A stretch of DNA of 64,000 bases, from the IMG/VR virus record IMGVR_UViG_3300029913_000001. One strand, 5' to 3'. A program made the position numbers and the translations under genes. How positions within the stretch are numbered: position 1 is the first letter of the stretch; each line of letters starts with the position of its first letter. The DNA is from a virus. Its lineage: Duplodnaviria; Caudoviricetes. A model generated the notes under the pieces. It searched no databases and was not told the DNA's origin. It was given only the letters and a program-made list of their open reading frames with translations. Shown here one piece after another: positions 9,864-20,741 of this stretch.

Positions 9864-12352
9864 TCAATGCGATAATTTCCAAACAAGTGCCTCGTTGTAC
9901 GATATTTTAAAAAGTTTGATTCCCGCAACGTTATATACGTAAGTATTTCCGGAACGAACAGTCATTTTAAACATCAGATTGCCGCTGTTATCAACCTCAA
10001 CTATTCTTCCAAGAAATTCTTCCCCAGTGTAGCTCCTATAAATTGCCCAATCACCCAACTCAAAAATATGTTCGTCGCGTTTAGCCATATCATTTTTCCA
10101 AGTAATGAATTAAAATTTTATCTATGGTTGCTTTTTCAACCCACCGCAGGCTTACAGAAGTCCTATAAGATACTCCTAAAATTTCGGCTGTTTCAAAAAT
10201 AATAGACTCCGAGAATCCTAAATCATCACCGAGGTATATTCCCAAATATCGGTTACCCGACATTCCGGTATAAAAAATAGCGTCCCCCGGATTTAATTCA
10301 TCACCTGTCTTAGTGTAAATCATTTCGATAACCGATGAAGTAAAATCTTATCGGTGGGAACAATCACACATTTTTCGGTAACCATAATTCCGCCGTAGGC
10401 CCCACCCTCTTCAGTAACGAGTACTATTTTCTTTGGACGAATTTCAGATATTTGTAACAATATAAGAGTTTGCCCCTTATAGCCAGGTGTAAGAATCCAA
10501 TCTCCTACTTTAAATTCATCACCGAAAAAATCTACCATTATTGCTCCAATTTATAAATCTAATATCCCGAAATAACACCAGATTGCACCTCTAGATACCA
10601 TGCACCAAAATCGTGATCTTTATTAAGAATATCTTGTTCAGCTTCTGCGTCAAATAATACCTTAGCCTTACTAAGGTATTCATACATCTTCTTCTCATCG
10701 CATTCTTGAAGCATATCAAAATTATGCTGAAATGCTAGGTAATGTCCGATAAGATTCTTTTGCAAGACGAGCTTAATTTCATGCTCGGTTAATTCACGGT
10801 ATTTTAGAACGCGCTTAAGAGTTTCGAGTAACGGATAAAAAGTATTGCCAAAGTCATTATCGCCTAATACAATTGCAATTGTTCTCATATTATCTCCGTC
10901 GTTATTATTCCTCTAGCCGATAAATTAGTGCTTCCGCATCAGTTAATTTTGTTATTATTTCATCCCGTAAACTACACCAGCCAAGGTATTCTGGAAATCG
11001 AATAAGAAAACAATCACGCCGGTAATCGACTACCGAAATAACTATTCCTATTTCGCTAGGCAGTTCATTGAGTCCTTGAACCCGAACATAATCACCAATG
11101 TTAAACATTATCTTCAAAATGGAGCCGGTCAGTCAACCTCTTAATACCGGCGGTATATCTAATTACATCTGCAGAATATTTTGCATAATTATCAGCTGCA
11201 ATACTCCACTCAATATCCGTCAAATTTTCGCCTTTGATACATGCAGAATAATAGGCTTTTTGCATTTCGACATATTTTAATTTCTGTGCCAACGTAGCAA
11301 TTGCTCTCATATTATCTCCGTCGTTATTGCCCGAGTCGCCAAATCAATGCTTCATCATCGGTTAATTTTCTTAATGCTTCCACCACTATTATGTCATAAT
11401 AATCAAAACTATAATAAATTATAGCATACATTCGTCCGCCATATTCATCCTGCCGAAAACGATTTATTTGGCCAACCGTAGTATTTTTAAAAGTATCGAT
11501 AAATTCTACAAAATCATTAACCCGAAGTTCAATTCCATTTTTATCACATATCATATCGATAACTGGTAGATGAAAAGATCATCCGGTGTTAACTTAACAA
11601 GCGACTGAGAATACCAGATATAATTTTCATCCTTAATCTCATATAAATTACAATAGGCAGCGCCAGTGCCATTATCTTTTCCAATAAATTTAACTTTTTT
11701 CGGTAAAATACCAAAAATCGAAACTACCGAAAAGACATAAACCCAGTCGCCTACCGAAAATTTAACGCCATTTCGATCGTGCATTACAACCCCAGTCGAT
11801 AAATTAGCATTTCATCCGGCGAGACCTTCATCAGATCCAAAGGTGACCAGGGAAACTTCGATCCATTTTCATTCTCTAAGATTGCAAGTTCAGGAAAAAA
11901 TTCATTTGCTGCAGGTTTAAAAGAGACAACCTTTCTTGGTAAAAATTGATGCTGCCGTGAAAACGAAACAGAGCATACCCAATCACCAATTTTCAGTGGC
12001 GTATTTAACCGATCGCAAAAAGTAGTTGTAATCTTATTTGTCATTGACTCAACTTCCAAATTAAAAATTCAGCGGGTGAACACCCATGGAACTTCCGACC
12101 GTATTTCATGTTGCAATACATTTCGTACCCGGAAAGAGGAGCATTCGTCCAAGACGAGGAAATATCTTTTCTATTAATCCTCTTTTCGACTCCGATATAA
12201 CTGCCATCAACTAATTCACGAGAGAGCTCGTACGCAATGGCCTTGGCTCGTCGACGAGTACGTGTGAACCCTCGATAATCCAGCCAACGGCCATCTTTGT
12301 CGCACTCAAAAATACTCCACTTTCCGATAATTGCCCAGCTAGGCCGTCTCAT
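9864..12352 (-). CDS. Array of ten small ORFs; seven SH3/KOW-like paralogues plus 12041-12352 carry a shared C-terminal tag
   Basis: 9864, 10090, 10320, 10905, 11324, 11551 and 11784 share D..G..[LF]..GD[WYF]V-like N-termini and LIxRL-like ends. 12041 has only the tag. 10559 and 11101 are unrelated. Confidence 0.75.
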
Positions 12353-12359
12353 TATTTCC

Positions 12360-12773
12360 TCACAGTTTAATTTCTACCGGGTGGCCAAATTCGTTATAAA
12401 ATCGTACACGACGAACACCAGAAAGTTTAATCAAATCCATACAATGCTTGCACGGCCGAGAACATCCAGGTCGTTCGGCGGTTTTACGCGAATTCATATT
12501 CGTGCGAGAAATATATAGAATCAAATTATTCGGCCGATCATAATGAAATCTACGAACAAGTGCCATCATTTCAGCGTGAACATTTCCATTATAGGTTGAA
12601 GAGGACGAACGAGGGGTCGTTTTACCCCAAATATTGTGGCCGACTGAAAGCAAATTCGAACCAGCGTAAAGAGCTGCTCCCAACTGATAACCTACCTGCG
12701 GGCCGTTACTCAACAAACTCGCAGCTTTTGCTGCATCGAAACCTCTTTGCCAACTACCAGACAATGACGGCAT
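12360..12773 (-). CDS. Zinc-dependent cytidine/dCMP deaminase-like protein
   Basis: HAE...PCKHC zinc-binding signature. Confidence 0.85.
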   Translation of the reverse strand: MPSLSGSWQRGFDAAKAASLLSNGPQVGYQLGAALYAGSNLLSVGHNIWGKTTPRSSSSTYNGNVHAEMMALVRRFHYDRPNNLILYISRTNMNSRKTAERPGCSRPCKHCMDLIKLSGVRRVRFYNEFGHPVEIKL

Positions 12774-13245
12774 TCAACCCTTTCTACAGTTACGAATTCG
12801 TTTGATCCTTCACCGCGGCCAAAATAGCATGGGCCAGCGCAGTCGCCATTTCTGTACTAAGATTAAAATCGACCGGTCCCCAAAAACCTCGAGACGCATC
12901 ATCTGGCGTACAAATACGAATAGTATTGAGACTATCGCAATCCGGTACAACTTGAAAATGGGCACCGTCTGCACAGATATCTTCGGAATAAATGTTACGT
13001 ACTACTTCAATTTCTACCGGCATACTCGATCTCCCTTATCGTCAATTCCAAATTTTGTTTTCAACTTTTCACATTCGATATCGCCAAATTGTCGGCGATA
13101 TGTAGCCAAAATGTATCGAGTTTTCATCTTTTGAAACTTGATCCTACACGAAAGCACAAACCATTTTATCCTATAATTATAGAATTAATCCTATAATAGG
13201 CAATCAGCACCCGAAGTGTGAATTTTTCAATCACTGTGTTCTCCT

Positions 13246-13284
13246 CACTGAAATAATTATAGCAAATCCCCCGGGGGAAGTCAA
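13246..13284 (-). promoter_or_regulatory. Early promoter cassette copy 1
   Basis: TTGACT-17-TATAAT within the exact 21-mer TTTGCTATAATTATTTCAGTG, followed by AGGAG. Confidence 0.85.
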
Positions 13285-13340
13285 CCGAAATAAGTCCTTT
13301 AAAATCAGCAAAGTTAAGTCCTTTGTTTTCAAGGCACAAA

Positions 13341-13595
13341 TTAATAGGATAATTGGATGAGTAACGCATCGTTTTCGGTTATTTTTTCAATATTTTTAGA
13401 GGATCGACTTTTCATTACAAAATCTATATTAGGAGAATCTAAAACGGCAATTTCATTTTCTCCATAATAATCATACGCAGCGGTGAAACGAATATTCTCA
13501 ACATCCAATATTTTTCCTATTCGAATCGATGCACCCGGCGAATTATATTTAACCCAATCACCCTTGACAATTAAATTACCGAATTTATCCGTCAT
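13341..13595 (-). CDS. SH3/KOW-like paralogue with C-terminal tag
   Basis: TDKFGNLIVKGDWV; ends DALLIQLSY. Confidence 0.7.
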   Translation of the reverse strand: MTDKFGNLIVKGDWVKYNSPGASIRIGKILDVENIRFTAAYDYYGENEIAVLDSPNIDFVMKSRSSKNIEKITENDALLIQLSY

Positions 13596-13609
13596 TATTT
13601 TACCTCATT

Positions 13610-13643
13610 AAAATAGGGAGGCTTTAAAAAGCCTCCCTATTTT
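13610..13643. terminator. Intrinsic terminator
   Basis: AAAATAGGGAGGC / GCCTCCCTATTTT inverted repeat directly after gene 13654. Confidence 0.85.
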
Positions 13644-13653
13644 ATATCGAGAT

Positions 13654-14244
13654 TTACTTCTTGTGCCGGAGCTGGAGTGCATCCGCTTCGTGCTTCTGAA
13701 AGTCGGTTGTGGTCTTGCCGGACGTCAGAATGGCAAAATCGTCCTGCGATCCATAAGGAATGCCTACACGTAAATGAGGATAATGACCAATCATATTATA
13801 AAATCGGCCAGCCGTGGTTGCGGTAATATATTGATTATACGACTGTTTAAGACTAATAATTCGAGTTTGACTGGTTGAAAACGTGCTATGAAATTCCTCA
13901 ATCTTTTCCTGCACAGCTCGATACAAACTGGGATCAAGATTCGGATTGCTTTCCTTAATAAATTGGAGAACTGCCTGGGAACCGCTTGCTCCGTATCGGC
14001 CAGTAAGAGCAGCTTGCCAAACGGACTTCATATCATCCGTATAATTATCCGGCACCTGGGAAGTTTCCATCACTTCCTTCCAGCCGTTATCATACACATT
14101 CTTCATCTGTTCATATTGTGCAGGAATATCTGCTTCAAACTTATTAGCCTCATTGCTCCAACTAATATATCCGATAAGCAAGACTCCCACACATACCAAA
14201 GGAACTAATACGATTACCGCTAATCCAATTAATACATTCTTCAT
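13654..14244 (-). CDS. Membrane-anchored LemA-like protein
   Basis: Single N-terminal transmembrane helix followed by a helical ectodomain. The resemblance to LemA is loose. Confidence 0.5.
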   Translation of the reverse strand: MKNVLIGLAVIVLVPLVCVGVLLIGYISWSNEANKFEADIPAQYEQMKNVYDNGWKEVMETSQVPDNYTDDMKSVWQAALTGRYGASGSQAVLQFIKESNPNLDPSLYRAVQEKIEEFHSTFSTSQTRIISLKQSYNQYITATTAGRFYNMIGHYPHLRVGIPYGSQDDFAILTSGKTTTDFQKHEADALQLRHKK

Positions 14245-14575
14245 AATTTTCTCTCTTTCTTCAAAGGTTAAAGATTATTTTCTTTCAACTGGTTCGTGGC
14301 AAAATAAACAATTATCATGACAGGAATCGTCACAATCATTATATACGCATATTCCTAATGGACCAGGGCATCCCCAAGTACGGTCAGTTACCAATTCCTC
14401 TTTATTTTCGCCGAGCAAAACTGCCGCTCGGGAAAGTAAAATATTATTTGCTTCGTTTTCTTTAGAATTCGCTAGCAGCAAAATTCTATACGATTCCTTG
14501 CGTAAAACACTGGCTTCGTCTAAAAGAAGTTGCACATCGGTCGCTATCGGTGTTGCCGTTGGTTCCTTACGTTGT

Positions 14576-15649
14576 CTAGCCATTGTCATCCTCAGTCGCT
14601 ATCATTTTAATTACGGGATAGGCAATGCTAACTAAAATACTGAGAACAAAAATAATTGTCATTGCTTTTCGAGACGGCTGATATGCACGAATAAGATATT
14701 TCATATCTTTCATATGCATTCGAACAAAATGGTCTCGAGTGGTATTGAAAATTGCATAATTAATCTGATTTCGCTGATCAAGTGTTCCGATATCCAAAAT
14801 CTGATTCTTCAATGAAACTTTGAAGCTAGGATTTGTCGTCCAACTCATTACCTCAGCAAAATCAATCTTATGACCATCTTTTGAGCCAATGATAATGTCA
14901 ATATCATTTTTCTTGCCGCCGAGCCACGCATCCTTAAGGGCAGCAACATAATCTCGATCTGCTAAAGGAACAAGAATTAAAATAATATTCGCTTGCTTCA
15001 TCGGCCCTAAAATCTTGTTATCCTCGCGGATCAACCAATTCCAGGTCGAAGCATCCAAATTAGGAATCATGTTAATTACTGGATCATGCTGATAATAATC
15101 GTAAACATGATCCGGATACTTTGGAATCCATTGCTTATATTTTTCTACGTCGCCAGTGGTGCCAAGTAGAACACTATCCGGATTTGCCTGAATATAATTA
15201 ACAAATGAATGGGTACTTGAAAAGGGCTGACCGATATATGCGCTACCCCAACGAGCAGGCATATTTAATCCTTGCCGATCAACTCGACTGATAACAACGG
15301 ATTCCCCGGTAGTTGATTTTACTGCCCAGTCAATATCGTAATCATGCTCGTAGCAGGTAGAACAATGAAGAGTAGTATTTCCATCTTTGTCACTCGTAGT
15401 ATAACAATTGCAATCATAACTATGCGAACAACTCACATGATACGACGACTTCGAGCTTACCTTACCATTCCATACTTCGGTATCGGTGATGCTAGATTGA
15501 TAACATACCGTCAGTGCAATTCCAATGAACCCAGCAACAATAGCCGATTGAATGCAAACATCGAGCCAGCCTACCCTCTTATGCAACAGAAAATGAAGAA
15601 TCACCGCTAGCAAGAGGGGAACAATAAACAAAATTAAAAAATTAATCAT
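14576..15649 (-). CDS. Multi-pass membrane protein with a Cys-rich periplasmic segment
   Basis: Two N-terminal and one C-terminal transmembrane segments; CSHSYDCNC...CSTCYEH. Confidence 0.7.
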   Translation of the reverse strand: MINFLILFIVPLLLAVILHFLLHKRVGWLDVCIQSAIVAGFIGIALTVCYQSSITDTEVWNGKVSSKSSYHVSCSHSYDCNCYTTSDKDGNTTLHCSTCYEHDYDIDWAVKSTTGESVVISRVDRQGLNMPARWGSAYIGQPFSSTHSFVNYIQANPDSVLLGTTGDVEKYKQWIPKYPDHVYDYYQHDPVINMIPNLDASTWNWLIREDNKILGPMKQANIILILVPLADRDYVAALKDAWLGGKKNDIDIIIGSKDGHKIDFAEVMSWTTNPSFKVSLKNQILDIGTLDQRNQINYAIFNTTRDHFVRMHMKDMKYLIRAYQPSRKAMTIIFVLSILVSIAYPVIKMIATEDDNG

Positions 15650-16173
15650 TTTACCTTTCTACCTTATTCCGGTGCAAAATCATAACATTTGACGCTGACC
15701 GATTTAATTGGTTTCCGCATATGTTTCATACGATCGAATTCATCCCACGCAAAGGATTTTTCGAAGACCTTATTCAGCCGTTCGCCCACATCAACTGCCG
15801 CCCGAGTATAATTGTCGCTGATCCCTCGTTGTTTTGACCGCAACGCAAGGGAAAACAAAATTGCCTCCGCTTCACGACTATCAATGTCAATTGTAATCTG
15901 CATATTTTTCCTCGACGGATCAATCTTCGCTGCTCGGTCAGCGACCTCATTTTTAAAGAGCAGAATAAGATTTTCAAGAGTGTATTTCATTAAAATTCCT
16001 TTCTTAGTATTCGTCGTCTACGTCAAACCGAAGTAAAAACCCATTGGTCTGAATAAATTGGTCGCCATATTCGAGACTGGCATCGAACTGATCTAAATCA
16101 AACTTCTGATCGGTCACCTGATCAGAAAACATATTTTCAACAACAGTATCTTCGCGCATGATTCCTCCGTTGG

Positions 16174-16459
16174 TTATTGATTCAGTTTTTTCAAAAATAC
16201 CCAATCTGGGCTAACCCCATGTTACCTGCATTGGCCCACGCCAACAGGTTTTATCGTTTGATTTGCAGTTATCTTGAAAAAATTCCCTAGTTAGCCGCAA
16301 CCCAATTCCAGAACCATATTTCGCTTTCTCAAAATTTTTCACTTTGAATAACGCAACTTCACCTGCCGACCATACTGCGGTAACATAATCCCCAATTTCG
16401 ACAGGATGGCCGATTGCATCATCAATCTCCGAAATATTAAGTTACGTTTTCTCTGTCAT
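16174..16459 (-). pseudogene. Disrupted SH3/KOW paralogue (in-frame TAA at codon 6 and an extra G in a GGGG run)
   Basis: Reads MTEKT*LNISEIDDAIGHPVEIGDYV... Removing one G at 16215-16218 restores the ending VSPDWVFLKKLNQ*. Could be an assembly error. Confidence 0.6.
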
Positions 16460-16497
16460 GTTTAAAGTATAGCACAGCCTTCGCTTCAAATAAAGAA

Positions 16498-16968
16498 TTA
16501 TTTATACAATTCTAAATGGCCAATCGCATTTTCCAATATTTCTCGAGAAATCGGGCCAACAACGGTTGCGGTGTGCACCGTTTCGAATGTTCCGTAAACA
16601 TCTTGATTTGTATCGTAAAATTCTTCGTAGTATAGGCCGTCCCTCCCAATTAAATTCAATTGCCGATCCGATATCGTATTTTTAATTTCTGCACTAACTT
16701 TTTTTAATTCTTTGGTATTACGCACGCTTAGATCAATCGCGGTGATTTCGGTATACGGCAGAAAGCCCACGGCACTCATAAGAGCTCGAGTATTTTCGAT
16801 CTTTCGACCAATATGAAATGCCTGCGCAATCAGGCGCCCAGCACTCATCTTAACAGACTTGATATGTTCTTCATCCGAGGAATCACCCGTAAGAAGATCA
16901 TAATGTGTAACTTTTGAGGTAATCTGAACTGTTTCCGGCACCAAGATATAAAATCGCTTTTCTTCCAT
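16498..16968 (-). CDS. Peptidyl-tRNA hydrolase PTH2-like protein
   Basis: KMSAGRLIAQAFH matches the PTH2 pattern KMSxGKxAAQxxH; C-terminal TATVVGP...IGHLELY matches TxxxxGP...tghLkLl. Confidence 0.7.
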   Translation of the reverse strand: MEEKRFYILVPETVQITSKVTHYDLLTGDSSDEEHIKSVKMSAGRLIAQAFHIGRKIENTRALMSAVGFLPYTEITAIDLSVRNTKELKKVSAEIKNTISDRQLNLIGRDGLYYEEFYDTNQDVYGTFETVHTATVVGPISREILENAIGHLELYK

Positions 16969-17371
16969 GTTATTCTTCTCCAATTTTAGCAATCAAATAA
17001 TCAAGCAGGGTAGACATTGCGCCGAGGGCTGCATTTGCCCGTAACAGTAATGATTCTAATCTTTCATTTTCTTTGCGTAATTGCATAACTTCTGCATTAC
17101 TATCGGGTGGTTGAATATATTCAGCCTCCGAAATATTATCATACGGCGGCACGACGCGCGGCTGAAAAATTGCAAGTTCTGTATCTCTATAATCACCAGC
17201 CGCGCTATTGAGAGGCATTTATTCCATCTCCACAATAATATTTGAGTCAGCAATTTTATGCTGCTCTTTTCGTATCGACTTCGCCGAAAACAAGTTGGCA
17301 ATGTCATTCCACGTAGTTTCGTCACGCAATTCCATCGTTAAAGTCAATTTCAATTCATCACCTCAATTACA

Positions 17372-17400
17372 AGTATACAGTTTCGATCAGTAGATGTCAA
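17372..17400 (-). promoter_or_regulatory. Sigma70-type promoter (leftward half of a divergent pair)
   Basis: TTGACA-17-TATACT. Confidence 0.8.
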
Positions 17401-17644
17401 GAAAACAGCCGTTGAAAATAAAGGACTTACAATTTATCACAGGAAAGAACCAAAAAATTTCCACTTTTCTTGCGATAAATCTTATTGATTTTAAAAGGTT
17501 TATCGACCTTTGTGGTGACGATGATTCCCGAAAAAACACCGCTGATAAATTCACGTTTTACGCGATACTTCATCTTTTTAGGCATAATTAATGATAGCAA
17601 GAATTATTCACCCTGTCAATTGGTATTTTCTTTAAAGATTTCAC

Positions 17645-17683
17645 TTGTATTCGGTGCCGGAGTTTGCTATAATTATTTCAGTG
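17645..17683 (+). promoter_or_regulatory. Early promoter cassette copy 2 (rightward)
   Basis: TTGTAT-17-TATAAT with the exact 21-mer at 17663-17683; ATG at 17696. Confidence 0.8.
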
Positions 17684-17695
17684 AAGGGAACAAAA

Positions 17696-17926
17696 ATGAT
17701 TACAGAGGAAGCGGCTCGTGATTTTCAGTTGGGGTTTATCGAAGGGATGATAACCGAAGCGGCAGAAAACGGAGGCACGACTATTCGTGTTACAGATCCG
17801 TTTTGGGTAGTAGATGGCCGAGTACAGAATAAAATTTTCGATATCCTTAGAAATGCAGGATACGTGGTAAAATTTAATCACATGCAAGGAGATGGGCCCG
17901 TACAGATTGTTAATATTTCCTGGTAA
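17696..17926 (+). CDS. Hypothetical early protein
   Basis: ATG directly after the promoter cassette and RBS. Confidence 0.7.
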   Translation: MITEEAARDFQLGFIEGMITEAAENGGTTIRVTDPFWVVDGRVQNKIFDILRNAGYVVKFNHMQGDGPVQIVNISW

Positions 17927-18229
17927 CGAGAATTATATAAACCATGTGGGAATTGTATTGCAATTCCCACTGCTACTTCGATGTGTGGAGGAATGATGGA
18001 TGAGCCTAGGTGGTTGCAGCAGAATTATTATGATGGGTTGCGTGAGGCAAAACGCCTGATTTTACAAAACGGAAATGTTCAAGATGCTCTGAGCGAGATC
18101 GATGAAGCGTTGCAGAAATCTATTCCTACACAGCTATCCGACTCATTGTCATTTGCACACCGTAAAGATCCAGTGATATAACGAAAAGGATTATATACAA
18201 AACATTATATTCTATTCTTTAAATTTTAT

Positions 18230-18269
18230 AAACGAAAACGGTGAGCAGAGATGCTCACCGTTTTCGTTT
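18230..18269. terminator. Bidirectional terminator between convergent genes
   Basis: 18-bp perfect stem AAACGAAAACGGTGAGCA / TGCTCACCGTTTTCGTTT with a GAGA loop. Confidence 0.85.
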
Positions 18270-19095
18270 AATACATTAATTTTGCTAAAAATCGAGCTTG
18301 CGTACACGGCTGCTTAATAAACATAATTGCGCTCTTTCTTCCTTGTACTGCCAGCATTTGAACTTCTTCATCTGGATTTTTAATGAATTGAATAGCGGTT
18401 GGCGCTTTTCGTACCGCGGCTAATTGAACATCCTTACTCGCGTTAGGAAATAGTGCTATTGTTCCACCAAACTTTGTAACCATCTCCAATTGAATCTCTT
18501 CTGCCGGATTATCAATATAATGTATAGCATTCTTATTTTTTGCAATAGCCGCTCGTTGTACCTCAACACACGGATTCTTAATATATCTAATATTTTTCCC
18601 ATTTTTATTCACAGCAGCAAATTGCACAGGTAGCGATGGCGTAAAAAATTTCATTCTCTTTGGATCTTTTATAGCGCAATACTCTTGTACCGATTCTGGA
18701 ATATCTTTAAGAAATTTCAATGCGGCCATACTCTTTTTCACAGCAATTAATTGAAGAATTTCGCTAGGATTTTCGAACAATTGGAGTAATTCATAGTTTC
18801 GTTTTACTGCCAACCCGATAAGTTTATCACTGGGAGAATCAATAAATTTAATCGCATATCCTGTTTGTGATATCGCAGCGATTTTCATTTCTTCTGTTGG
18901 ATTTTCTACATAACGAATAGCAAGACCCGTTTGCGTTAGCGCGGCCAATGTTACTCGAGGAGAAGGATTCGATATGAATTCTAGAAGAAGACCATTTTTC
19001 TGAACGGCTAAAAGTTGCGCCGCTTCGGACGGAGATTTATCGATAAGAATTGAATATGGATTTTTTGGTACTCGTTTCTTTTTTGAATATGCCAT
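18268..19095 (-). CDS. Tandem ~23-aa repeat protein (DUF4116-like)
   Basis: Repeats of the type A[VI]xxnGxAIx[FY]IxNPxxE[VI]QxA. Confidence 0.8.
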   Translation of the reverse strand: MAYSKKKRVPKNPYSILIDKSPSEAAQLLAVQKNGLLLEFISNPSPRVTLAALTQTGLAIRYVENPTEEMKIAAISQTGYAIKFIDSPSDKLIGLAVKRNYELLQLFENPSEILQLIAVKKSMAALKFLKDIPESVQEYCAIKDPKRMKFFTPSLPVQFAAVNKNGKNIRYIKNPCVEVQRAAIAKNKNAIHYIDNPAEEIQLEMVTKFGGTIALFPNASKDVQLAAVRKAPTAIQFIKNPDEEVQMLAVQGRKSAIMFIKQPCTQARFLAKLMY

Positions 19096-19105
19096 TGATT
19101 ACATT

Positions 19106-19135
19106 AGGAGACACGATTTGAAAATCGTGCCTCCT
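19106..19135 (-). terminator. Probable terminator after nrdJ
   Basis: AGGAG-A-CACGATTT / AAATCGTG-C-CTCCT hairpin. Confidence 0.55.
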
Positions 19136-19151
19136 ATCCTTTATTAAGATA

Positions 19152-20741
19152 TTAAGAACACTTACTTGATCCGCAACTCGCGCAATGATAGCATCCGGAT
19201 TCATATATTAACTGGCCGCCGCATTGGGTACATTTTTCGCCATCAACTTTTTCTCCATCTCGAATATATCCAGCAAGTAATTTTTTAACATGAAAAAGAA
19301 AACTAGCAAAAGTTACACCTTCAACTTTATCGAGCTCTGCAACAACATTCTTAATTCGAACGCCATGCCGTAATAATAGTCCGATAGTTCTAGCAATTTT
19401 TACACTGTTTGAATCATTGCCGCACTTTCGTACTGTTGATTCTATATATTGTGCGGGAATACCTTTTACTCGAGCTAAATTAATTAATCGATCGACCACA
19501 TCGTTCGTAGTCACCGATTTTTCTATGGCATTAGTTTGCACAAAAATTGAAATTGGTGCCTTATTGGCATTCAACCCGATTGTACAATACCATTTTCTTG
19601 ATCCGCCGGATTCATGATCTCTAAGAACTTTCATTTCGGCCGTGGTCGTATCCGGCAATTTAACATCATCTAGAATAATTTCTTCATCAGAACTTTCATC
19701 TTTTTGATCTACAGCCGAAAGAACTGAACTCATCGTTCCTGCGCGATATGTCGTAATTCCTTTTATATATCCTGTTTCAAAAGCATCAAGATAAATATTT
19801 TGAAATTTTTCAAACATATAATCACTGGGTAAATTGACAGTTTTACTACAGGCAGAGTCCGCGCACTTGCACCAACCCTTAAGGTCAGTAATATGCTCTT
19901 CAACAGATAATTGGGTGGTGGTAGCCGCCCAATCCGCAGTTGGGTCCCACTCGCCGATCTTTGAGAGATATCGAACCCCATAATCCTGGCATAACACTTC
20001 CTTTGTTAATCCTCGATTTTTATCAATTTTATAAACGGTACCATATTTATCTACGCCTCGTAAAATTTGCTCGTCGCCTTCTTGTGCAAATTTAAACATT
20101 TCCGTTTCAAAAAATTCACCTTGACTCCAAACCGGAGTAACTAATCGGATATGATCTGGCATATGTGAAACAATAACCGTTCGAGTATATTCTGGTAGGA
20201 AAGCGGGCTCAATCCCACCCGTAACAACCTGTGCTAAACAACCACTATTTCCATTCGGTTGATTCGAAAAAAGCGCCGAATTTCGTATACCATTCTTTTT
20301 CATACGATTTCGCAAGTTAACTGGTAAATCAATATTATCCCAGAAAGGACTTAATACATGATTATCTGGTTCGCATAATGGGAACATTCCCTTTTCATCG
20401 GCGAGATTTAATGAGGCTTCAACTCCGGCGTGAGTGAAAACTGTTAATAATTCATGCTGAATTTTAAGCGCCTCTTTTGATCCATATCGAATCTTCATCA
20501 TAATAAGAGAACTACCCCAGCCCATTACGCCGCATCCTATCCGCCGTTTATTTCTCATAGTACTTACATATTCGGGTAATGGTGCATCACTATACTCATT
20601 TACATTATCTAGAAAACGAACAAGGTAGCCTACATATTTTTTAACTCTATCTAAATCAAACCCAATTCTATCTTTATTTACAAATTGGGTAAGATTCATT
20701 GTGCCTAAACAGCAAACACCCCCGGGTGCTAACATTTGCTC
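19152..20741 (-). CDS. nrdJ: Class II (B12-dependent) ribonucleotide reductase, exon 2
   Basis: Begins EQMLAPGGVCCLG; contains RRIGCGVMG, GIEP, SKTVNLP, GITTYRAG and a C-terminal zinc ribbon CTQCG...GCYHCASCG. Confidence 0.88.
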   Translation of the reverse strand, partial: EQMLAPGGVCCLGTMNLTQFVNKDRIGFDLDRVKKYVGYLVRFLDNVNEYSDAPLPEYVSTMRNKRRIGCGVMGWGSSLIMMKIRYGSKEALKIQHELLTVFTHAGVEASLNLADEKGMFPLCEPDNHVLSPFWDNIDLPVNLRNRMKKNGIRNSALFSNQPNGNSGCLAQVVTGGIEPAFLPEYTRTVIVSHMPDHIRLVTPVWSQGEFFETEMFKFAQEGDEQILRGVDKYGTVYKIDKNRGLTKEVLCQDYGVRYLSKIGEWDPTADWAATTTQLSVEEHITDLKGWCKCADSACSKTVNLPSDYMFEKFQNIYLDAFETGYIKGITTYRAGTMSSVLSAVDQKDESSDEEIILDDVKLPDTTTAEMKVLRDHESGGSRKWYCTIGLNANKAPISIFVQTNAIEKSVTTNDVVDRLINLARVKGIPAQYIESTVRKCGNDSNSVKIARTIGLLLRHGVRIKNVVAELDKVEGVTFASFLFHVKKLLAGYIRDGEKVDGEKCTQCGGQLIYESGCYHCASCGSSKCS

